This document shows, piece after piece, positions 37,924-47,399 of a DNA stretch of 54,674 nt. Source of the stretch: an uncultured virus (IMG/VR IMGVR_UViG_3300027851_000013) (lineage: Duplodnaviria; Heunggongvirae; Uroviricota; Caudoviricetes); IMG/VR virus record IMGVR_UViG_3300027851_000013. The stretch is one strand, 5' to 3'. The notes under the pieces are model-generated. The model did no database searches and was not told the DNA's origin. It saw nothing but the letters and a program-made list of their open reading frames with translations. The number at the start of each line of letters is the position of its first letter. Position 1 is the first letter of the stretch. A program made the position numbers and the translations under genes.

Positions 37924-38155
37924 CGGAAATCTCGGAGTCATGGACTATAACAGCGGCGAGGAGCTTGAAGGCACACCGCATCCTGACTTGACCTTGGCCA
38001 GTTTTGCAGAAGAGCCTACAGGTGCTGTATACGCCTACAATGATGGCAGCATGTGGTTTCACGTTCCGGCAGAGAAGAAAGAGCAGTACGAAAAGATCTT
38101 TCAGGTCCAGGTACGAACGGTGTATGTCGTGGACCTGAACCAATCTAAGTCGTAA
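37916..38155 (+). CDS. hypothetical protein
   Basis: Overlap tiling. Confidence 0.6.
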   Translation: MTDGNLGVMDYNSGEELEGTPHPDLTLASFAEEPTGAVYAYNDGSMWFHVPAEKKEQYEKIFQVQVRTVYVVDLNQSKS

Positions 38156-38184
38156 TTTCGTTTCTACCTCCTACTCATAGCTCG

Positions 38185-38207
38185 AACCCTGTCCATACTA
38201 GACAGGG
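38185..38207 (+). promoter_or_regulatory. repeated motif copy 7 within hairpin next to RBS
   Basis: AACCCTGTCCATACTA; CCCTGTC-CATACTA-GACAGGG. Confidence 0.75.
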
Positions 38208-38219
38208 CGAGGAGGTGCT

Positions 38220-38474
38220 ATGGCTCTTTTAGGAATACGAAGTTCCGTTTTGCTGACCACAGACGAAATGTCTCAGGATCAGTTTCTAGAATTTCGTAAT
38301 GGATGGATTCGGTATGAGGCCCGAAAGCTTCGCCGAGACGGAATCGAATCGACACTCGCACTGCGCACTGCGGAAGAAGAGTTTGAATTCCTTCGCAAGT
38401 CTGGATTCAAGGAATCCAACGCAACGGTTCTACGCAATCGGGAAATCAGAAAGTCTCTTAGAGAGAGCTTCTGA
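38220..38474 (+). CDS. hypothetical protein
   Basis: AGGAGGT RBS. Confidence 0.65.
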   Translation: MALLGIRSSVLLTTDEMSQDQFLEFRNGWIRYEARKLRRDGIESTLALRTAEEEFEFLRKSGFKESNATVLRNREIRKSLRESF

Positions 38475-38511
38475 TAAATAGTCATCCTACCCCAAACAAC
38501 AGGAGGTTCCC

Positions 38512-38832
38512 ATGTGGCTAGTATACATGTTGTATCCGGAATTGAACTCGGACTTCTCTCACAAGAAGGGTGACGTGCTGCTTGCACGTGGTCTTGTCCG
38601 TGTGGACAAGATGCAAGTAGGTCATGCCCGCACAGAGAAGGAAGCACGACAGCAGTGCGTGCGCCTTGCAGTAAAGACCCTGAAGGATCATGGGTACGAG
38701 TCTACGGTGATTGGTTTCGGCATCCGAAACTACTATGCCAAGAAGGGAACAGACCTCTCTTGGCAGCTCAGTCTTCAGCAGGTGCTGGAGAGTCTGATGG
38801 ATCGAAAGAAGCGGAACCAGTCCGCTGCGTGA
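38512..38832 (+). CDS. hypothetical protein
   Basis: AGGAGGT RBS. Confidence 0.7.
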   Translation: MWLVYMLYPELNSDFSHKKGDVLLARGLVRVDKMQVGHARTEKEARQQCVRLAVKTLKDHGYESTVIGFGIRNYYAKKGTDLSWQLSLQQVLESLMDRKKRNQSAA

Positions 38833-38839
38833 GGACCCT

Positions 38840-39601
38840 ATGCTTAGAGACTCGTATCTTCTTCAGCGCCTAGAGGCTCCCCTTCCACACAAAGCGTTGG
38901 CTGGTGAGGTTCTTTCTCACCATATCTTTGGTGGAGGAATGCTTGGGTTCTCCAAGGCGGCATGGGGCGTGCTGGACCCCATTTGCACCGTAGCTTATAT
39001 GGGCGCAGCAGAGTACGAGTTTGGTACCCTTCCTTCTTCCTTCAGTAGAATCGGGGACATGGCAAAGGAGGGTCTCTTGACCACCTTTGCCTTTTCGCTC
39101 TCTCCCACAGAGCGTACGCTAAACTGGCAGAGAAAGTCTCGATTGGATAGGGCAAAGTTTCCTCCGGCACAGTACGTCACCATCTACGGGCTGTGCTCCA
39201 AGAATCAGGTAGCTGAGATTCGTGAACGGGTGGAAAGCTTGTGCAGGAACGCAGACAAGCACCGCTCTAAGGGGGAACACAACATTGACAGCTCCCTGGA
39301 TCCCCTCTCTGACTACCAGAAGCGCACTCTTGGATGGTTGGACGTAGACAATTCCTTTCTTTTCTTTCGCGACGAAACCATGTGGAGGGGGTTCTGCCTT
39401 CTCTTTGGTGTGACAGAACTCTGCGATATTCCTTCCACGCCCACCGTAGTAAACTATGGCGCGATGAAGAAGGATGAACTGGTTCGCGCAGCAGTATCCC
39501 TGGGAGTTACCCGAACTAAATCAGATGCGACCAAGCTTTCCAAGAAAGACTTGGTTTCTCTTCTTTCAGGAGGGACAAGAAATGATCAGCAAAGTCCGTA
39601 A
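38840..39601 (+). CDS. phage hypothetical protein (YMGAAEYEFG motif) with Rho-N/HeH-like tail
   Basis: YLLQRL, YMGAAEYEFG, GWLDVDN; tail MKKDELVRAAVSLGV..KLSKKDLVSLL. Confidence 0.75.
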   Translation: MLRDSYLLQRLEAPLPHKALAGEVLSHHIFGGGMLGFSKAAWGVLDPICTVAYMGAAEYEFGTLPSSFSRIGDMAKEGLLTTFAFSLSPTERTLNWQRKSRLDRAKFPPAQYVTIYGLCSKNQVAEIRERVESLCRNADKHRSKGEHNIDSSLDPLSDYQKRTLGWLDVDNSFLFFRDETMWRGFCLLFGVTELCDIPSTPTVVNYGAMKKDELVRAAVSLGVTRTKSDATKLSKKDLVSLLSGGTRNDQQSP

Positions 39602-39890
39602 TAAGCAAAATACAGAAGTCAAAGAGGTTGCGAAGAGGTGGTTTAGCCAGCTCACACGTGACCCCATGTTTGTCAACTGGAACTCCTTCAACCAGACTCC
39701 TGTCGGAATTGTTGGGGAGTTTATGTGGTCTATCCGATATGCCTTCAACAAGGTAGCCCATGCTAATAAGTGTCCTGAGTACGATACTTTGTCCGAAAAG
39801 GAAAAGGTTGCTCTTGGTTTTCGCTACATCGCTGAAGTGGCTGCGCCTTCGAGAAGTACACGAAGGAAAGAGAGCTGGCCGCAGGAGTAA
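39582..39890 (+). CDS. hypothetical protein
   Basis: GGAGG RBS. Confidence 0.6.
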   Translation: MISKVRNKQNTEVKEVAKRWFSQLTRDPMFVNWNSFNQTPVGIVGEFMWSIRYAFNKVAHANKCPEYDTLSEKEKVALGFRYIAEVAAPSRSTRRKESWPQE

Positions 39891-39895
39891 TAGTC

Positions 39896-40234
39896 ATGAT
39901 GTGGAAACTTTGGCTGGACGACATGAGGAACCCGAGTGTCGAGTGCCCTACGGAAAGTGATTTCATTTGGGCGCACGATTGTGAGCAGGCCAAGTATTAC
40001 GTGAAAATGTGGGGCCCTCCTTCGTTCATGGCACTGGATCATGACTTGGGAGTGACCCTGAAGTCCCACATGATGGGGTCAACCAGAGTAGAGACTGTCA
40101 TGGAGTTTCTTCGCTGGCTTTCGGACAAATATCCCGACAAGGCTCCTGACTACCGAGTTCACTCCGCTAATCCTGTTGGGAGCAGCAACATTGTTTCTTT
40201 CATGGACTCGTGGAAGAAGAGCACACAGATCTGA
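39896..40234 (+). CDS. cyclic-phosphate processing receiver-domain protein
   Basis: LWLDDMRNP, ALDHDLG, VHSANPVG. Confidence 0.82.
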   Translation: MMWKLWLDDMRNPSVECPTESDFIWAHDCEQAKYYVKMWGPPSFMALDHDLGVTLKSHMMGSTRVETVMEFLRWLSDKYPDKAPDYRVHSANPVGSSNIVSFMDSWKKSTQI

Positions 40235-40245
40235 AGGAGGGACCT

Positions 40246-40506
40246 GTGAAGATCACCTATCAAGGCAAGGTACACAAATTCGATAACTACGTCTCTGCGG
40301 CAGAGTTTCTGCTCAAGAGAGCCAAGGATGGTGAAGAGTTTCTCATTGAGTCCACTCTGTGGACCTTCATGAATCTTCCAGAAGAAGGGTGTGGGGAGTT
40401 CAAGGTTTCTCCGTTCGGGTCAGATGGAGACTACGACAAAGATTGCTTCTGGCTGGACCCAGAGGAAGTACAAGACGAACTAAAGTCTCTTTGGGGATCT
40501 GTCTGA
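40246..40506 (+). CDS. hypothetical protein
   Basis: AAGGAGG RBS before GTG. Confidence 0.6.
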   Translation: MKITYQGKVHKFDNYVSAAEFLLKRAKDGEEFLIESTLWTFMNLPEEGCGEFKVSPFGSDGDYDKDCFWLDPEEVQDELKSLWGSV

Positions 40507-40507
40507 T

Positions 40508-40732
40508 ATGTACATGACGCAGAAACCAGACGGAGAAGTGGAATGGAGCAGCTCACCTAGGTGGGCTGTTCCTTTTCTTCTTGTGGCGGGAGTGCTTCTG
40601 TTTTCCCTCCTTCTCCTTACTTCGTACACCTTTCTGACTGGACCTACACTTGAGGAGTGCAAGTCTCTTTGTGGTTCCTCTGGAGTTCAGAACTTCAATG
40701 GCATTGAATGTTCATGCAAGGTAAGTCCGTGA
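40508..40732 (+). CDS. small membrane protein with Cys-rich C-terminus
   Basis: TM helix then CKSLC..CSC. Confidence 0.6.
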   Translation: MYMTQKPDGEVEWSSSPRWAVPFLLVAGVLLFSLLLLTSYTFLTGPTLEECKSLCGSSGVQNFNGIECSCKVSP

Positions 40733-40737
40733 GTCCT

Positions 40738-41082
40738 ATGGATTGTGGCGGTCCCTACAGACGTGGAGTTCTTGTGAGGCAAAGTGAAGCGAAGGCTCAG
40801 CCTCGCAGGAAACTTGATGTAGGCGCCGCCCTAGCCAAGGGAGTTGTTAAGGGTTTACGCCTGACTTTTCTTCTGCTACTGGACTTTGGTCCGCTTGCAG
40901 GTTCTGTTTTAACTTGGATCTACCGCGGTCCCGTAGATGCCGTATTCTCCCTGTCAGCATGTCTTCTCTTCACTGGGATTCCAAACATTGCTATGGATCG
41001 GGTTCCTATTCCCCTTCGTCCGATCTTCTTCTTATGGGAAGCCTTCTGGGCGGCATACAAACGAGATGTCTGGCGCGACTGA
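40738..41082 (+). CDS. membrane protein
   Basis: GPYR start motif; hydrophobic segments. Confidence 0.55.
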   Translation: MDCGGPYRRGVLVRQSEAKAQPRRKLDVGAALAKGVVKGLRLTFLLLLDFGPLAGSVLTWIYRGPVDAVFSLSACLLFTGIPNIAMDRVPIPLRPIFFLWEAFWAAYKRDVWRD

Positions 41083-41274
41083 GGGTAGGGATATCGATAT
41101 GAGAGACACGTGGAGCGTAGGGATTTCTCAGATCTGGATCCCGTATGAATGGGTAATAATGTCCAGAGGAATGAGAACACTCGAACAATGTCTGACTGAC
41201 GTACAACACGTAACCCTGGATGAACAACCAGGGGACATAACAATACTCAGTCTGACCGAGGAAATGGATCTACG

Positions 41275-41682
41275 ATGATTCCTGATCAGTACGTCCTGAT
41301 GATTAAATTCGGGGATAACGATTTTCGTAGCTATTTCTGTGCGGCACTTAGGGTGCTTAGGATGTACCTTCTTTCCGACAAGTACACGTCTCCGTACTAT
41401 AGTGGAAAGATGAATGAGTATTCTCCATGGCAGGACAAGGATCAGGTAGCCAGACTTCTGAACTACATAACTCCAACCTGCTACCAAGTTTCCAACTATC
41501 TTGAGGGAAGACCCGTCGATCCGCAAGATAACAGCCTCAAATACTGCGAAGTGAGTGCGGACGACCTCCTTATTGGAAAAGAGGTGGACGACTATCTCCA
41601 GCTGCGGGCTTACGACGGAAACGGTTCTTGGTTTGTTTTGGACATGCGTCTTCCTGAAGATCAGCAAATACAAGTGTGGTGA
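41275..41682 (+). CDS. hypothetical protein
   Basis: ATGA overlap; FGDNDF. Confidence 0.65.
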   Translation: MIPDQYVLMIKFGDNDFRSYFCAALRVLRMYLLSDKYTSPYYSGKMNEYSPWQDKDQVARLLNYITPTCYQVSNYLEGRPVDPQDNSLKYCEVSADDLLIGKEVDDYLQLRAYDGNGSWFVLDMRLPEDQQIQVW

Positions 41683-41689
41683 GGAATTT

Positions 41690-42811
41690 ATGTCAGAGCA
41701 CAAGGTTGAAGTAGTCAAAGTAGTCATCACACCCCATCCCAACGCCGATGCTATTGAGCTGGCGCAGGTGGGAGACTACCTCTCCGTAGTCAAGAAGGGC
41801 CAGTTTTCTACTGGAGACCTTGTTGCTTACATTCCCGAACAATCCATCCTTCCCACGAGTCTCATTCAAGAGCTGGGCCTTGAAGGAAGATTGGCCGGTT
41901 CTGCTAAGAACCGCGTGAAGGCAATCAAGCTACGGGGTGTTCTTTCACAAGGGCTTTGCTATCCAGCGAAACCCGAATGGAAGTCAGGACAAGACGTGAC
42001 AGAACTGCTTGGTGTGACCAAGTACGAGCCTCCCGTCCCTACTGCTCTTGCTGGAGAGGTCTTTTCCGCAGGTTTGGAGCGATGCCTGAAATACGACATC
42101 GAAAACTTCAAGCGTTACCCCGATCTTCTACAGGATGGAGAAGAGGTGGTGTTCACGGAAAAGATTCACGGTACATGGTGCTGTATTGGGGTACTTGCTC
42201 CTGAACACTCTCATCCTGTGTACGGTGACGTGATCATCACGTCCAAGGGGCTTAGCTCCCAGGGCCTTGCTTTCAAGCTGTTTGACGCAGAGAATCCAGA
42301 ACGTGGAAACCCAAACTCCAATAATTTGTATGTAAGGACCGAGTCTGCCACCAAGATGGTGCAGCGTATAAAGGAACACTGCGACTATTACCTGGACCAG
42401 GGCATGTCTGTATATGTTCTTGGAGAGGTTTTCGGACGAGGAGTTCAAGACCTTTCTTACGGAGCAAGCGCAGACCATGATGAAAACATTGGATTTCGAG
42501 TTTTTGACATTTACGTCGGAAGTCCAAGAACCCCTAATTCTAGGTACTTGGATCATGAGTCTCTTGAGCTGGTGACCTCCAGCTTGGGCCTCAAGCGTGT
42601 TCCTGTGCTGTATCGAGGACCGTTCAGCAAAGAAGTACTTCTCCAGTACACTGACGGTAAGGAGTCGGTTACGGGAAAGGGCGCTCACATTCGAGAGGGA
42701 GTAGTTGTTCGTCCAGTGAAGGAGCGAAGAAGCGATCTTATTGGACGAGTGCAGCTCAAATCTGTTAGTGAGCACTATCTTCTTCGCAAGGATGGAACGG
42801 AGTACACCTGA
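41690..42811 (+). CDS. RNA ligase (DRB0094-like family, N-terminal OB domain)
   Basis: HPNADAIE, KLRGVLSQGL, motif I TEKIHGT, GEVFG, FDI, REGVV, LKSVS. Confidence 0.93.
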   Translation: MSEHKVEVVKVVITPHPNADAIELAQVGDYLSVVKKGQFSTGDLVAYIPEQSILPTSLIQELGLEGRLAGSAKNRVKAIKLRGVLSQGLCYPAKPEWKSGQDVTELLGVTKYEPPVPTALAGEVFSAGLERCLKYDIENFKRYPDLLQDGEEVVFTEKIHGTWCCIGVLAPEHSHPVYGDVIITSKGLSSQGLAFKLFDAENPERGNPNSNNLYVRTESATKMVQRIKEHCDYYLDQGMSVYVLGEVFGRGVQDLSYGASADHDENIGFRVFDIYVGSPRTPNSRYLDHESLELVTSSLGLKRVPVLYRGPFSKEVLLQYTDGKESVTGKGAHIREGVVVRPVKERRSDLIGRVQLKSVSEHYLLRKDGTEYT

Positions 42812-43003
42812 AATGGCTGTATTCGTTTCGCTCGCAGTGCTCGGCGCGCTACTTTCCACGGTGATTCTAATTTGTAGAAACCCTTACTCTTTTGAAGAAG
42901 TAAGAGACCACGACAAACTAGACCACCCTAACGTCTGGCCAAAGGAATGAACTTTTGCAGCCATAGACTGTGAAGGGCACATACCTTTTGGCAGAGTGAA
43001 TTT

Positions 43004-43555
43004 ATGGCCAATCTATACGAGAGAAGTCTTCCGGAAGAGAGTCAGGTTTACGCAGAGTTTATTCAGTCCCAGTATAGATCTGCACCCACAAAACAACAGC
43101 ACTTAATAGAAGTAGAAAAGGCTGTATTGTGGATCTCAAGGTGCCCTTCCCTTTCTACGTTCAAATATACCTTTGAGCAAAGAGACTACATGTGGGACGG
43201 AGAGGTTGCCTCCTTCTGGCAACAAACAGGACCAAACATCTTGCATGACGCAGCACATTGGCTTGTTGCCTCTGAGGTCCAAAGAAGGTGTATAGACTTC
43301 GGCATTGGTGGGGGCCCAGATTCACGTCATGCGGTTCCTGAAAGTCATAAGGGTTATCTGTTCATAGCAAGCGATCAAGAGCTGGACGCATCTGTTCTTG
43401 GCATATCGATTCAGTACGCTCTAGGCTTTCCTACGAGACATACTATGATGTCCCATTCGTGGATGCCGGTGGGCGGCAACAACGATGACTGCGAATCTCT
43501 CTTTCGCTCCGTGTACAAAAGGTTGGACCCCATCTTCGAGTGCCTCTTTTTGTAG
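43004..43555 (+). CDS. EpmC (YfcM, EF-P hydroxylase)-like protein
   Basis: ILHDAAHWLVASEVQRRCIDFG resembles EpmC LHExxHW..A...RR...DFG; downstream E. Confidence 0.55.
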   Translation: MANLYERSLPEESQVYAEFIQSQYRSAPTKQQHLIEVEKAVLWISRCPSLSTFKYTFEQRDYMWDGEVASFWQQTGPNILHDAAHWLVASEVQRRCIDFGIGGGPDSRHAVPESHKGYLFIASDQELDASVLGISIQYALGFPTRHTMMSHSWMPVGGNNDDCESLFRSVYKRLDPIFECLFL

Positions 43556-43560
43556 GGTCC

Positions 43561-43576
43561 AACCCTGTTCATACTA
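43561..43576 (+). promoter_or_regulatory. repeated motif copy 8 upstream of rIIA
   Basis: AACCCTGTTCATACTA. Confidence 0.72.
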
Positions 43577-43638
43577 TGAGATGAGAAACGGGAAGATGCA
43601 CTTCCTCCTGTGCCACATAAACAAAGAAAAGGTGAGTG

Positions 43639-45819
43639 ATGAAATTGCCTTCTACGGCGGCTGCCGTTCAGACGGATGGGTCATTCGATTCTTCCGACTT
43701 TCAAATTGATGTCAATCAGCACGCCTTCAACATCTTGTCCAGTGGTCTGTACTCGGACAAGTATCTGGCCATTGTACGTGAGCTTTGCTGCAATGCTTGG
43801 GATGCTCACGTTGCAGCCGGAACTACGGACAAGCAGTTCGAGTTGTTTCTTCCCAACAGCCTTTCTCCCGTTTTCAAGATTCGTGATTACGGAACAGGTC
43901 TGTCTGAGCAAGAAATTCTTGATGTGTACCGCGTATACTTTCGTAGCACGAAGCAACAATCCAACGAAATGATTGGTTGCTTCGGTCTTGGAAGTAAGAC
44001 TCCCTACGCCTACACCCAAAAATTCACAGTCATCTCCTACCACAATGGCACGAAGTACCATTTTAGTGCCATCATTGGAGACACGGGTCTTCCTCGCCTC
44101 GTCAAGATGGCAGAGATGGAGACTTCCGAGCCGAACGGAATGGAGATTTCTTTCTCCGTGGACCAAGGAGACTTTTGGTCTTTTCGTAACGCTGCAGAGA
44201 AGGCTCTTCGTCCTTTCACCCTCAAGCCTATTGTCAAGGGCGTTCACAAGTTTGAACCCCTGACTTATGACAATCCGATCCTTTCAGGAAAGGGTTGGTC
44301 CGTTCTTCGGAACGAAGCAACTAAGCTTGCTGTGATGGGAAACGTAGAGTATCCCGTTTCCGAGCAGCGAGGATTTTCTCCCAACGCCAAGTACATTCTT
44401 GGCTTAGGTATTGTTTTTGACATGCCTCTAGGATCCTTCCACATGACTCCGAGCCGTGAGTCTATCAAGTGGAGCGATTTCTCCATTCGTAACATCAATG
44501 ATAGGCTAGAGGAAATCTACGACGAGGCGTGCAAGACTCTCTCCACACAGATTTCTGCTGCCACTACTCTTTGGGACGCGAGAGTACTAGCAAACAGCTT
44601 GGTTCATTCCACTGCTCTCCGAAAGCTCCGTGTTTCCGTAGACTGGAGGGGCCAGGCTCTTTCCAGTGAAATTCCCATTCGAGACATCAAGGGGCTGAGG
44701 GTTCAGAAGATCACGGCCACCGTCAAGAAGAGATTGACGGGCCTGGGAAACCACTCTGCTTCCTTCAACATGGTGGACACCATCCTTGCTCGTGATACCA
44801 AGTTTTATCTTGGTGATTTTCCTGGAGCAGACTCTCGTGTAGGAAATCTCGTAAGAGATAAGTTTGATAGCCAGCAATACTGCTACCTGATTAAGGCCGA
44901 AACGCCAGAAGCACTCCAAGAATTTACTCAGCTCCTTGGGTTGGACTCCTCCGCCATTTGTCTGGCTTCTTCGGTACCTAAGCGAGATCACGGCGGAGGC
45001 GGGGGACACACCTCCAGCCTTTCTGGAGTTCGCGAAAAGGTGTTCAAACTCGTTCCTTCTAGTGCTTCTGTGAGGGATGAGTACTGGCAGCCCACCGAGG
45101 TAGACTTCGACGAATCCGATCTAGGGGTATACGTAGAGATCAACAGGTGGGCACCTGTTAATACCTATGTTGCTTCCTATGACCATCCCAAACAACTTGT
45201 TTCTCTGATGTCATCTCTGAGCAAGTTGGGTGCAGATATTCCGGATGGAGGACTCATTGGAGTCAAGACTGCTTATGTCGGCAAGATGAATAGGCACCCT
45301 AATTGGGTGCACATTGATTCTTTCGTCAGAGAGCAGCTGTTCAAGGTCTGGGAGTCGTCTGACAGGTTTAGAGTAGCTTACGAGTTCTTTCACCCTGACA
45401 ATGAGCATGATTACCACAAGGTAGTCATGATTAGGGACTTCGTAGAGAAGGCAAAGAAGAAGAACTTGCTGAAGTCTGATTCTTTCCTGGTGAAATTCTA
45501 TGATGTATTCTCTCCTTATTTTAGTCTTAAGGCTCAGGCATACTCGTTTCACACGCTAGCAGAGCAGTACATGCACCGTTCTGTTGGAGAAGAACACCAT
45601 CCCATGAGTCTTGTTCTTCCTCACAGGAAAAAGGGAACGTCGTACGCCCAAAGAGTGTGGGATAAATACCCTCTTCTTCACATTTTGCTTTCTGCGAATG
45701 ACTCCGCCTTTGCTGCGCAACCGTACACCAGGTATTCCAGTCTTGACGCCTTGAAGTACAAGACTATCTGCTCTTACATCAAAGAAATCGACGAGTCGAC
45801 TGTAAAGACTCCTTCCTGA
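43639..45819 (+). CDS. rIIA: rIIA-like protein (N-terminal GHKL ATPase domain)
   Basis: LSSGLYSDK..IVRELCCNAWDAH, IRDYGTGLS, STK..SN..IGCFGLGSKTPYAY, PSRESI; adjacent to rIIB. Confidence 0.9.
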   Translation: MKLPSTAAAVQTDGSFDSSDFQIDVNQHAFNILSSGLYSDKYLAIVRELCCNAWDAHVAAGTTDKQFELFLPNSLSPVFKIRDYGTGLSEQEILDVYRVYFRSTKQQSNEMIGCFGLGSKTPYAYTQKFTVISYHNGTKYHFSAIIGDTGLPRLVKMAEMETSEPNGMEISFSVDQGDFWSFRNAAEKALRPFTLKPIVKGVHKFEPLTYDNPILSGKGWSVLRNEATKLAVMGNVEYPVSEQRGFSPNAKYILGLGIVFDMPLGSFHMTPSRESIKWSDFSIRNINDRLEEIYDEACKTLSTQISAATTLWDARVLANSLVHSTALRKLRVSVDWRGQALSSEIPIRDIKGLRVQKITATVKKRLTGLGNHSASFNMVDTILARDTKFYLGDFPGADSRVGNLVRDKFDSQQYCYLIKAETPEALQEFTQLLGLDSSAICLASSVPKRDHGGGGGHTSSLSGVREKVFKLVPSSASVRDEYWQPTEVDFDESDLGVYVEINRWAPVNTYVASYDHPKQLVSLMSSLSKLGADIPDGGLIGVKTAYVGKMNRHPNWVHIDSFVREQLFKVWESSDRFRVAYEFFHPDNEHDYHKVVMIRDFVEKAKKKNLLKSDSFLVKFYDVFSPYFSLKAQAYSFHTLAEQYMHRSVGEEHHPMSLVLPHRKKGTSYAQRVWDKYPLLHILLSANDSAFAAQPYTRYSSLDALKYKTICSYIKEIDESTVKTPS

Positions 45820-45829
45820 AGGGAATAAA

Positions 45830-47011
45830 ATGGCTAAGCAAATCGGGTTTTTGTACGTCGGAAATCAGTTGACTCTTGTTCTTCGGGGTCATCCATACGA
45901 TGTTGATCCTCAGCACCCCAAGTTTCACGAAATCGTCGCTACCATGAAGCGTCCGGAGAATGAGACTGACGCTCAGGAAGAGTTTCGCTGCGAGAAGTTG
46001 CTTTCCCTAGTGAGAGCAGACCATTCCGATCTGCGAGCCGTTGCGGCTGAGGTTGGATTTAACGACATTCAGGTCGATCATGGTGTTGTTACCGTGAAGG
46101 GAAAGGCGCTCCACAATTCTCTTACTTCACGCATCGTGGAGCTTAAGAAAAGGGGTCTTCCGTTCGAGCCTCTGGTCCGGTTTCTGGTAAACCTGGAGAA
46201 GAACCCGAGTGAGGCAAGTAAGGAGGCTCTCTTCGACTTCTTGGAAAAGGGAAGATTCCCTCTCACAGAAGACGGTTGCTTTCTGGGGTACAAAGGAGTC
46301 AAGAAGGGCAGGCTCAAGCGAGCTGATGGCACCACCTATGAGACTCTTGTAGACTGTCACTCTGGCAGGTTCGACATGGCTCCTGGAAATAGCCACTCGA
46401 TGCCCTGGAGTGAGGTGGACGACAACCGTAACCAAGCATGCGGCGCTGGTTTTCACGTAGGAACCATCGAGCACGCACGAGGTTTCGGCGCAGTCATGAT
46501 TGTCGTCAAGGTCAATCCTAAGGACTGCGTGAGCGTTCCCCGGTACGACACCACCAAGCTGAGGTGTTGTGCTTACGAGGTCATCAATGTTTACTCAGAT
46601 AAGGACCGCGCGAAGGAGTTCGTAAAGCCTGTCTACTCCACCGAAGAGGTGCAAGAGGAAGCTTTCGAGGAGGCGGAGCAGGAGTATGTCTTGGCTACGG
46701 ATATGCCGGAAACAAGGCGTGCTCAGCTTGAGGCCATGGGTCGAGACGACCTTTGCAGGCTTGGTGCCTCTGAAGGTATCTTCTTGTCCACCAACGAAGC
46801 ACGTTGGCTAGGAAAGGCGCTTGTGCTCGAAGCGCTGATGAAGGGCAAACTTCCCCTGGACCTCATGTCGGCCTCCCAGGTGGCTGAGCTGGCTGCACGA
46901 AGAAAGCTCTATTCTACGGCGACTAACGCATCGAAACGGGGTGTAGAGAATCTCAAGAAGGAGATTCTGGAGGACCACGAGAAGCGCAATGCTCCTATCA
47001 AAGAGGAGTGA
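45830..47011 (+). CDS. rIIB: rIIB-like protein
   Basis: FL.NL..NPS, LFDFL..PLTEDGCFLGYK, VDDNRNQACGAGFHVG, VKVNPKDCVSVP, KLRCCAYEV. Confidence 0.9.
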   Translation: MAKQIGFLYVGNQLTLVLRGHPYDVDPQHPKFHEIVATMKRPENETDAQEEFRCEKLLSLVRADHSDLRAVAAEVGFNDIQVDHGVVTVKGKALHNSLTSRIVELKKRGLPFEPLVRFLVNLEKNPSEASKEALFDFLEKGRFPLTEDGCFLGYKGVKKGRLKRADGTTYETLVDCHSGRFDMAPGNSHSMPWSEVDDNRNQACGAGFHVGTIEHARGFGAVMIVVKVNPKDCVSVPRYDTTKLRCCAYEVINVYSDKDRAKEFVKPVYSTEEVQEEAFEEAEQEYVLATDMPETRRAQLEAMGRDDLCRLGASEGIFLSTNEARWLGKALVLEALMKGKLPLDLMSASQVAELAARRKLYSTATNASKRGVENLKKEILEDHEKRNAPIKEE

Positions 47012-47017
47012 CGCCTG

Positions 47018-47057
47018 ACTAAGAAAGGGAGTGGGACACCACTCCCTTTCTTAGTTT
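47018..47057 (+). terminator. intrinsic terminator after rIIB
   Basis: Perfect 17-bp inverted repeat ACTAAGAAAGGGAGTGG-GACA-CCACTCCCTTTCTTAGT. Confidence 0.85.
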
Positions 47058-47081
47058 AAAGGGGAAAATAACGGAGGATTT

Positions 47082-47399
47082 ATGAACCTATCGGACATGA
47101 CGCAGGAAGAACTAGCCTCCCTACAGAAAGAGCTGTCCAATGAATTGGACGCTAGGCGCAAGAATGAAAAGCTCCTTCTGTTATCAAAAAGGAAGCATGA
47201 AAATAGCATTGTGACTGATCACGCCTGTCACTTGCTACACCTATCCAAGCACACGTATTCTACCTGTGACGATGATGCTCCGATCAATGATCACAGAGGG
47301 TGCCCACGCTGCAACCTCCTGGCTTCTATAACCCAGGGTTCAGTCAGTATCGAAATGGAATTTTCCTTAACCTGTGAGGTAAACCCCATTGACCTTTGA
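47082..47399 (+). CDS. hypothetical protein
   Basis: GGAGG RBS; H...C.D..CPRC. Confidence 0.7.
   Translation: MNLSDMTQEELASLQKELSNELDARRKNEKLLLLSKRKHENSIVTDHACHLLHLSKHTYSTCDDDAPINDHRGCPRCNLLASITQGSVSIEMEFSLTCEVNPIDL

Noticed and set aside
42128..42859. 243-aa minus-strand ORF
   Set aside because: Antisense shadow of the RNA ligase
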